From Octopus sinensis (taxonomy: Eukaryota), in the NCBI RefSeq assembly GCF_006345805.1, contig NW_021824489.1, positions 1 to 18,445 on the forward strand: a DNA stretch of 18,445 nucleotides, read 5' to 3'. Made by a program: the position numbers and the translations under genes. Under the pieces are notes generated by a model, which saw only the letters and a program-made list of their open reading frames with translations, was not told where the DNA came from and made no database searches. Below are positions 10,406-18,445 of the stretch, piece by piece. Numbering within the stretch: the stretch's first letter is position 1; every line of letters starts with the position of its first letter.

Positions 10406-10574
10406 AGAGAAGAGAGAGAAAGAGAAGAGAGAGGGAACGGAGAGTGTGGTGGTGTGTTGACGATCTGAACCACACCTTATGTAAACTTACCATCCCCCTA
10501 CCACTGCATATTAATTTATTAAACCCCCTCCTTTTCCTTGCTTCCATTCGGGGTTTTATCAGCTTTACGTATGA

Positions 10575-10608
<34 letters not shown>

Positions 10609-11061
10609 TAGACAAGAGAAACGCTGCATGAACAACTGTTGTCAACATCACAATCCCCCTCCCTCCTTAAAGCTATGTATTCCTCACACCCACCTCTCTT
10701 ACCTTTGCTCAGCGTTCTAAAAGTTGCATGTGTGTATGTATTGGTGTATATGTGCATGTGTGTGTGTGTGTATACGTATACATGTATCTGTGTATTTACG
10801 TACATATATGTATGCAGCGTCCAAAACTGATAACCCGGATGTTGTTGCTCTCCCATTACTTTTGCAAACAGCAGTTAACTTTCTTCAGTTGAATACAGGT
10901 CATTGATTGGTTAAAATTACTCAAAATGCGACAACTTTAACACGAAGTAACTTCTAAAGTACAGAATTTTGTCTAAAACGTTCAGAGTAAACCGTGTTCT
11001 ACGTGACACATTCAACCAGTGACTGAGATTGAAAAGATCCTCTGTGTCTGTGCGCGAGCGC

Positions 11062-11092
<31 letters not shown>

Positions 11093-11300
11093 GTGTGTGT
11101 GTGTGTGTTTGCCACCCTCCCCCACCACCGTCGCTTGACAACCGATGTTAGTACGCTTACGTCCCCGTAACTTAGTGGTTCGGCAAGAGAAACCGATAGA
11201 ATAAGTGCGGGGGGTCCATTTGCTCGACTAAAGGCGATGCTCCAGCGTGACCGCAGGCAAATGACTGAAACAGGTAAAAGAATAAAAGTGTAAAAGAATA
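9683..11300 (+). mobile_element. OK-type SINE split into a 5' half (9683-9866) and a 3' half (11039-11300)
   Basis: The 5' half ends at GAAAGAATCCCGTCGT, where the internal microsatellite normally begins. The 3' half resumes with (TG)n..CGCTTGACAACCGATG..GACTGAAACAGGTAAAA. Confidence 0.75.
9867..11038. mobile_element. Non-autonomous fold-back/TIR element (~1.17 kb) with ~210-250-bp diverged inverted arms and a microsatellite-rich core
   Basis: Arms at 9867-10117 and 10829-11038. Termini ATCTTTTCAATCTCAGT / ACTGAGATTGAAAAGAT; GGTTGAATGTGTCACGTAGAACACG is perfectly mirrored. Confidence 0.8.
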
Positions 11301-11356
11301 TATATATATAGGTATATAATCAAATCAATAAAGATCTCGAAATGGAACGGTGTCAG

Positions 11357-11439
11357 CTCACTACTGCTGTCTCTTACGTAATTTTTAACGAAGAATGAGT
11401 ACATTACATCACTATAAAAGGCCTTATTCATCAGGTGAG
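11357..11439 (-). ncRNA. Decayed hammerhead-like motif (family B, left arm)
   Basis: Reverse complement reads CTCAC-CTGATGA-ATAAG..(long loop)..CGTAA-GAGAC-AGCA-GTA-GTGAG. Stem I is a perfect 5 bp, but the core GAAA is mutated to GAGA. Confidence 0.55.
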
Positions 11440-12043
11440 AACATAATTTTTTCAGAATGAAAGGGGTATCCCAGGAATGTATCAGAAATGTGTCTGTGGA
11501 AGCCGGGCTATGGGGACGAAATGACCAACAAATGTTAGCCGTTAAATTGTAGTTCTTGAGATAGTGTGATACGATATCTAAGGTCAGTGCGGCTGGATGG
11601 GAAGGAGTCAGCCAGACGAGAACAAGTGTAGACTTTGAAGATAAGTTGTAGTAGGGCAAGAGTAGTGGTCATTAGGAGAGGTCATAAAGAACTATTAAGG
11701 GAAAATAAGGAGATAAATCAATTAATAATGTGGTGAAAGAAACTAAAATGTAAACATAAAAAATGAAAAGTAAAAGTATATAATAAAGAAAAATAACAAA
11801 AAAGCAAATGAAAAGACAAAGGGAAAAAATACGATAATACAGTAAACAAAATAAGAGCGAATCCTAGGTGGAATCGGGGTATAAGAATCACTATCGAAGC
11901 ACAGAAAAACTTAGGGTTATACAGTGTATAATTATTGAGAAGACAAGAGGTGGGGAGGAACCTAATACGGCCATCAGGCTTTTAATATTTAGTAAGATTA
12001 AATGTAACGTTAGGAGCTAAAAATTAAAAAAATGAATATCGTA

Positions 12044-12400
12044 TAGGCGCAGGAGTGGCTGTGTGGTAAGTAGCTTGTTTACCAACAATGGTTCCGGTTC
12101 AGTCCCACTGCGTGGCACCTTGGTGTGGATTTGGTAGAACGGAATTGAAAGAAGCCCGTTGCATATCTGTATATATATATATGTTTGTGTGTCTGTGTTG
12201 TCCCCTAGCATTGCTTGACAACCGATGCTGGGCGTGTTATGTCCCGTTACTTAGCGGTCGGCACAAGAGAACCGATGAATAAGTACTGAGCTTACAAAAG
12301 ATTAAGTCCCGGGGTTGAGTTGCTCGATTAAAGGCGGTGTTCCAGCAGGGCCGCAGTTCACACGACTGAAACAAGTAAAAAAGTAAAAAGAAAAAAGTAA
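12044..12400 (+). mobile_element. OK-type SINE with an internal ~45-bp deletion
   Basis: Standard head and tail. The segment between the two CCTTG motifs seen in other copies is missing. Confidence 0.88.
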
Positions 12401-12651
12401 GTAAGTATTTAAAATTTTAATTTAAATTTAAGGTCGGACAGGTTTATACAATGCACTACACCTAGTTGGGGGTTAGAGGAGAAACACCGGGTCAGATACC
12501 GGGGAAACAGTCAAAAGAGGGTATGAAGCGTTAAAGGGGTAAGAGGTTCTATCCACAATGTGTAGGCCGCCACTAGAGGTTACCTATCATAGTGATCGAC
12601 ATTGCATAAAACCAGGTGCAAGATAGATAAGAAGGTATGTTCTTTCAATAT

Positions 12652-13064
12652 GGCGGCGAGCTGGCAGAAAACGTTAGCACGCGGGCGAAATGATTAGCGG
12701 CATTTCATTTCGCTGCCGCTACGTTCTGAGTTCAATTCCGCGTGGTCGACTTTGCCTTCATCCTTTCGGGGGTCGATAAATAAGTACCAGTTACGCACTG
12801 GGGTTAAATATATCGACTTAATCCGTTTGTCTGTCCTGTTTTGTCCTCTCTGTGTTTAGCCCTTGTAGGTAGTAAGAAATAGGTATTTCGTCTGTCGTTA
12901 CGTTCTGAGTTCAAATTCCGCCGTGGTCGACTTTGCCTTTCATCCTTTCGGGGGTCGATTAAATAAGTACCAGTTACGCACTGGGGTCGATATAATCGAT
13001 TAATCCGTTTGTCTGTCCTTGTTTGTCCTCTCTGTGTTAAGCCCCTTGTGGGTAGTAAAGAAAT
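12652..13064 (+). mobile_element. SINE partial tandem dimer (full monomer plus 5'-truncated monomer)
   Basis: Two copies of TTCTGAGTTCAA..GTCGACTTTGCC..AAAGAAATAG. 19-bp TSD AGGTATGTTCTTTC(A/G)ATAT at 12633-12651 and 13065-13083. Confidence 0.88.
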
Positions 13065-13310
13065 AGGTATGTTCTTTCGATATAGCATACTTATCAAGTA
13101 TAGTAAAAGCGGTCAGAAGGTCCTTATAGGTCCATGCTTTCCGACTCTTCCCTGTTTTACCTTTATCTATACCTTCTAACCGCCCTTATCATATGACAGG
13201 TAACCTCTAGTGGCGGCCTACACACAAACGATTCGTCCTTCTCCATTAATACCATTTATGTTCTCCATACACCAAGATGCAGTTCTATGCAACGATTATA
13301 TCATAGTAGA

Positions 13311-13441
13311 TTCCGCCGAGGTCGATTTTGCCTTTCATTCTTTCGGGTCGATAAATTAAGTACCAGTTGCGTACTGGGATCGATCTAATCGACTGGTCCC
13401 CGCCCCCAAAATATTTCGGGCCTCGTGCCTAGAGTAGAAAA
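13311..13441 (+). mobile_element. 5'-truncated SINE (same core, different tail)
   Basis: Core GCCGAGGTCGATTTTGCCTTTC, tail GTGCCTAGAGTAGAAAAG. 17-bp TSD with 3 mismatches at 13294-13310 and 13442-13458. Confidence 0.8.
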
Positions 13442-13659
13442 GATGATACCATTGTAGATAGAACCTCTTAACTATGGCTATCGTCTTGACTCGCATCACC
13501 TCATTCACTCTTAAGTTGTTCATACCAGATTAATTTTAATATCATCGCCACCCCTTTAACACTCCATACTTATTGTATAGCCTACCTCCTTTTGACTGTG
13601 TTTCCCCGGCATTTGATCAGGTATTTTATCTCTAAACCCCAACTAGGTGTAGTGCAGAC

Positions 13660-14117
13660 ACGATTTTGGAAGTAAATAATGCCCCCACCCCCACCCTTTT
13701 TGTGGGGATGCAATCGTCTTAGTTGACCGCGTAAGCTATCGGAAATGCATATTCTTTTCGCGGAAAATGAAGGGGTGGAGTTGGGGCGGAACCTCGGAAA
13801 TTCCCCTTTCCGACTCCGTCTCCTGCGTTTTTTTTTTTTTTTTTCGTTGCAATCGTCTTAATTGACCTCATAATGTGCGGGAAATACATTTTGTCCGTGG
13901 AAAACGGAGGGATTGGGATGGGACGGTACCTAGGGCAGTCCTGTATATCTCCGGATTTTTGCTGAAATCAATTCTTTACAAGCGATCTGGGAGGGGTGTA
14001 TATAATTTTGCTGCCTCAATAAAAAAATTTGGTGCAGAATTTTTTTTTTCTTCTGTAGCAGAGCTAAATAAATACCTGGCCAGTTACTGGTGTAGACAGT
14101 TTGAACGAATACCCTGT
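13660..14117. mobile_element. Possible DNA-transposon-derived fragment inside element B
   Basis: Absent from the mirrored arm. The right end ACCCTG|TATA resembles a TA-flanked CAGGGT TIR. It has an internal 139-bp-period duplication; no left TIR was found. Confidence 0.3.
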
Positions 14118-14585
14118 ATACACTGTATACCCTAAGTTTTTCTGTGCTTCTTACCCCAATACCACCCTGGATTCGCTCTTATTTTGTTTACTGTTTTGTT
14201 GTTTTTTCCCTTTGTCTTTTCATTTGCTTTTTTGTTATTTTTCTTTATTATATACTTTTACTTTTCATTTTTTATGTTTACATTTTAGTTTCTTTCACCA
14301 CATTATTAATTGATTTATCTCCTTATTTCCCTTAATAGTTCTTTATGACCTCTCCTAATGACCCTACTCTTGCCCTACTACACTTATCTTCAAAGTCTAC
14401 ACTTGTTCTCGTCTGCTGACTCCTTCCCATCCGCCGCACTGACCTTAGATATCGTATCACACTATCTCAAGAACTACAATTAACGGCTAACATTTGTTGG
14501 TCATTTCGTCCCCATAGCCCGGCTTCCACAGACACATTTCTGATACATTCCTGGGATACCCCTTTCATTCTGAAAAACTTATGTT

Positions 14586-14668
14586 CCCACCTGATGAATA
14601 CGGCCTTTTATAGTGATGTAATGTACTCATTCTTCATTTATAATTACGTAAGAAACAGCTGAAGTGAG
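14586..14668 (+). ncRNA. Decayed hammerhead-like motif (family B, right arm)
   Basis: CCCAC-CTGATGA-A-TACG..(44 nt)..CGTA-A-GAAAC-AGCT-GAA-GTGAG. The core is intact, but the GTA triplet reads GAA and stem I has one mismatch. Confidence 0.55.
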
Positions 14669-14729
14669 CTGACACCGTTCCATCATGAGTTTTTTTTATT
14701 CAATTTGAATAAATACACCAAGTGAATCA

Positions 14730-15135
14730 GCAGGATGGCTGTGTGGTAGTAGCTTGCTAACCAGCCACATGGTTCCGGGTTCAGTCCCACTGCGTGGCAC
14801 CTTGGGCAAGTGTCTTCTGCTATAGCCCCGGCCGACCAATGCATTGTGAGTGGATTTGGTAGACGGAACTGAAAGAAGCCTGTCGTATATATTTATATAT
14901 ATAAGTGTGTATGTAGATTTTTTGTGTGTATTTTGTCCCCCTAGCATTGCTTGACACCGATGCTGTGGTGTGTTTACGTCCCCGTAACTTAGCGGTTCGG
15001 CAAAAGAGACCGATAGAATAAGTACTGGGCTTACAAAGATAAGTCCCGGGGTCGAATTGCTCGACTAAAGGCGGTGGTCCAGCATGGTCGCAGTCAATGA
15101 CTGAAACAAGTAAAAAAATAAAAGAAAGAGAAAGA
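14730..15135 (+). mobile_element. Near full-length OK-type SINE
   Basis: Colinear with 9029-9420. Confidence 0.9.
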
Positions 15136-15155
15136 ACCTGTTTGTATACGCTGTT

Positions 15156-15257
<102 letters not shown>

Positions 15258-15492
15258 TATATCAATTAATAAATAAGGGCAAAAGAAAAAAAATTCTATG
15301 CAACTATAATGAGAAATAGACTTTAAATCGTCAATCACCACATACAATATACATCATTAATGAATACACATTGTGCTGAATCGAGGAAAGAAAGCTAACA
15401 GAATTTTTTTTTTTTTAAATGCGTTATCTCTGTATTGATCAATTTCAGGATTAATCCAACGGATTTTTCCACTCGTCAGCAGAGAATATGAA

Positions 15493-16537
15493 TATTCTTT
15501 GTAAGCCTAGTAATAACCTATCGGTCTCTTTTGCCGAACCGCTAAGTAACGGGGACGTAAACACACCAGCATCGTTTGTCAAGCGATGTTGGGGGACAAA
15601 CACAGACACACAAACATATACACACACATACATATATATATATATGTATATACACATATACACGACGGGTTTTTTCCAGTTTCCGTCTACCAAATTCACT
15701 CACAAGGCTTTGGTGGGCCCGAGGCTATAGTAGAAGACACTTGCCCAAGGTGCCACGCAGTGGGACTGAACCTGGAACCATGTGGTTCGTAAGCAAGCTA
15801 CTTTATTTCATAAATATTTGCTATGAAGGCATTACAAAGAGGGGACGAACAAGAACAAACATAAAAGGGTGAAGTAGCTGTAGCGATTAAATATTTACAA
15901 TTTAAAATTTACAATAATTTAATAGATATGTTTATAGCTTTTGAGTTAAGCGTTGCTCATTACAAATGAAATTTGTAATGGCTTCTCTGAAGGATAGGCA
16001 TCCGACCACCAGGGTAGACCCCTAGCTTTTTCTTTCCTGTTTTGGGGTTCCACTTACCTGGTGCCAAACACTCCCAGCTTCCTCGCCACAGGCTTTCATT
16101 TTCTCATGAATCTGTCTCGTGACAGGTACCTTTTCTCCAGCCTGATCTTATTACAGAGCTGGTGGCTAAAAAAGTTAACCAAGCCCTGGCCGGATACAAA
16201 GGTACCCGACGCTATGCCTCCCTCACGCGTCTTCCATACTGTTTCTTTCAGTATGGCTACTATGCAGGAAAAGCAAGCCTTCCTTTCCCTGTTAAGGGGA
16301 GGAGGCGGCACAATCTCGATGATAGATTCAGCTGATAGCTGTACTCTTCCCATCGATGACAACAGTTGCTCTGCGAAAACTATCAGTCCCGTTAATTCCG
16401 GACACTCTACAAATGCGTGCAAGACGGTTTCCCTGTCCTGCCCGCACCTCGGACATGTCGGCGAGACGGCACTTCCGTGCCTTGACAGTTTATCACGAAC
16501 AGGTAGCTACTTACCACACAACCACTCCTACGCCTAT
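15493..16537 (-). mobile_element. OK-type SINE split by a LINE insertion (body 15493-15803, head 16505-16537)
   Basis: The body stops at AAGCAAGCTACTT. The missing head AGCTACTTACCACACAACCACTCCTACGCCTAT reappears 701 bp away. Confidence 0.88.
15804..16504 (-). mobile_element. 5'-truncated Tx1/L1-like LINE (ORF2 C-terminal zinc finger plus 3' UTR)
   Basis: LPVRDKLSRHGSAVSPTCPRCGQDRETVLHAFVECP (CX2CX8HX4C) continuing to ..KIRLEKRYLSRDRFMRK*KPVARKLG. AATAAA at the 3' end; 8-bp TSD AGCTACTT at 15796-15803 and 16505-16512. Confidence 0.85.
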
Positions 16538-16979
16538 ATCAAGTTTTGAAAAAAAAAGGAGCATTGTATAATTTAGGTCATCCAAACATATACAGCGGCC
16601 CGCTGTATGGCACACATAACTAAAAGTTACTTTGAAATCTTTTAGTAGTGCGGTCCGCCTGATGACGAGCTACGTACGTCTCATGCGGCCCGCTTCTCGC
16701 AAAAGGGGTGATTTACAACGTGAAATCAGATATTTCTAGCATTTTTTCCCCATTACCAACTGACGTTAAACTATGAGAAAAAATACATCTGTTTATGGTT
16801 ACTATAGTTGAAGTTGAGATTTAATTTTGTTTTTAATTTGTAGAAACAAACATGTAGTTTTTTTAAGAGACGTAATTTTCGGTAGAAAGAATAGGGCGAT
16901 GTGTTTAGTGGAGCAAGTCATTGTAGAATAAATATGGCAGAAAATGAGAAGCAAGTTCGAAGAAGTAACAACGGTTGCA

Positions 16980-17206
16980 TGGCGAGCTGGCAGACACGTT
17001 AGCGCGCCGGGCGGAATGCTTAGCGGTATTTCGTCTGTCGTTACGTTCTGAGTTCAAATTCCGCCGAGGTCGACTTTGCCTTTCATCCTTTCGGGGTCGA
17101 TAAATAAAAGTACCAGTTTCGCACTGGGGTCGATGTAATCGACTTAATCCCTTTGTTCTTGTTTGTCCCATCTATGTTTAGCCCCTTGTGGATAATAAAG
17201 AAATAG
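16980..17206 (+). mobile_element. Full-length tRNA-derived SINE (GCCGAGGTCGAC-core family)
   Basis: Head TGGCGAGCTGGCAG..GAGTTCAAATTCC (B box) and tail AAAGAAATAG. Confidence 0.88.
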
Positions 17207-17618
17207 GTTTTTAAATAACGCATTGGTGTGTGAATCATTGTCTATCAAGCAAATAGTTCCCTTTCTGTGGGAGGGGAGATAGTAGTGTCAGCTTGTAAGC
17301 GTGTGCGTGTTGTTTTTGTTGTTTAGCCCTCAGATTGCACACCTGGGACAAATAACAAAAGCCATGAGCAGAATTATGGCGAAAGGTGTTCCAACAGTAA
17401 CCGTCTTTGTTTTTTGGGGTTTTTTTAAGGCAAAGCGTATTTAAGATTACTGAATGTGCCCTTCTTTATGTAAGATGATACATTCATTTAAGGGTTCATT
17501 TATGGGAGATCCGATGCTATTTCTTGCAGGCCGAATGACCACATGTTTTATGTATGTCGTTATTTACAGTTTTTTATTTTTATTTTATCTCCCCAAACCC
17601 TATCGTTGCTTCTTGGTC

Positions 17619-18008
17619 AATTTCTTTATTAACCATGAGGTTGAGAAAAAGAGGGGACGATACGAGGACAGACAAAACAAACATTGGGGTCAGGGAATCG
17701 AATGAGACGAAACGTATGAATAAACAAACAATTAAAATATATACAATTAAATGAGAATGAATGAATAACAAAAAAATGAAGCGGAGGACGCGGTTGACCC
17801 CACAAACCACATATTCACACTGAAGACTTTGCTTTCTCCTTTTCATATTCTCATTTAAACAGGTTCTTTCACTCGCAACATACTCGCTATAGACTTCCAT
17901 CTTTTACAAAACACACTTTGCGACAGGCATTTTTTCTCCAGCCTTATTTTCCGTTTCATGCGGAAAACGAAACAGTCGATTAGCTCGAGACTGGAGATGA
18001 ACATGCCT
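17619..18008 (-). mobile_element. Short 5'-truncated Tx1/L1-like LINE 3' end
   Basis: FISSLELIDCFVFRMKRKIRLEKKCLSQSVFCKRWKSIASML resembles the C-terminus at ~16060-16200. AATAAA at 17625-17630; perfect 14-bp TSD GTTGCTTCTTGGTC at 17605-17618 and 18009-18022. Confidence 0.8.
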
Positions 18009-18445
18009 GTTGCTTCTTGGTCGAGGGCACTAATGATTAAAGCACTATTTCTTAAGCTTTTTCTGTATATTTGGTTTCACCACGGCATTCCATCTTCCCT
18101 TACCCCCATCTCACATATAAGAAAAAAGACGCTTCATATACAGTACAAGACGGTGTCATTATCACTTCGGCTATTATTCATAACTTTCTGAAATTCTTAA
18201 CCTTGAAGTGAAATCGAAGAGTGATGCTATTTGAGAGAATTTATACAGGTAGGGAAACGCCATCTTTTTCTCCTATTGCGCGCTTCATCACCAGTTCTTT
18301 ATTAACTGTCTTTAGTAGATTTTCTGCTGCTATTCTGTAAATACTCTACTGGACTTTTTCTTTCCGTCTATACACATTCTTCTACTGCTATGAAACCTCT
18401 TCCACTCTGGTCTCTCCTCAAGTACAGCCGGTTGATATCAGCGTT
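18009..18445 (-). mobile_element. Decayed Dong/R4-like LINE fragment (post-RT region), continuing beyond the window
   Basis: NADINRLYLRRDQSGRGFIAVEECV matches the DRLY..R..GGRG motif. More weakly, SALIISALDQEAT resembles EGLIIAAQDQAL. Confidence 0.7.

Larger units (their letters stand above)
11336..14689. mobile_element. ORF-less fold-back element B (Penelope-like/retrozyme-like) with ~570-590-bp inverted arms
   Basis: ~11336-11930 is the reverse complement of ~14116-14689 (diverged, with indels). Inner segments are also mirrored, and there is a hammerhead-like motif near both outer ends. Confidence 0.68.

Noticed and set aside
11228-11659. 143-aa ORF across the left arm of element B
   Set aside because: The equivalent frame in the right arm is broken by indels and a stop, and no protein motif is recognisable.
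16504-16537. SINE-head/LINE-tail chimeric retroposon
   Set aside because: The rest of the SINE lies at 15493-15803 behind an 8-bp TSD, so this is a nested insertion.
15796-18022. Shared AAG(T/A)AGC target motif for both Tx1-like insertions
   Set aside because: The motif is short and offset differently from the two junctions; two events are too few.

Overview
AT-rich eukaryotic DNA made up almost entirely of repeats. It is most likely octopus or another cephalopod, judged from SINE families I recall from Octopus (not database-checked). I find no intact protein-coding gene, and most ORF-track entries are microsatellite read-throughs. The recognisable content is decayed Dong/R4-like and Tx1/L1-like LINE fragments, an internally deleted mariner, about 12 tRNA-derived SINEs (several split by later insertions with visible target-site duplications), microsatellites and many inverted repeats. 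The most notable structures are two unrelated, ORF-less fold-back elements (3232-5533 and ~11336-14689). Each has long inverted arms, and each arm carries an outward-pointing minimal type I hammerhead ribozyme motif with a self-complementary stem III, as known for Penelope-like elements and retrozymes. Other candidates are a pre-miRNA-like hairpin, a 179-bp MITE-like hairpin and a Tx1-like LINE inserted into a SINE tRNA head.
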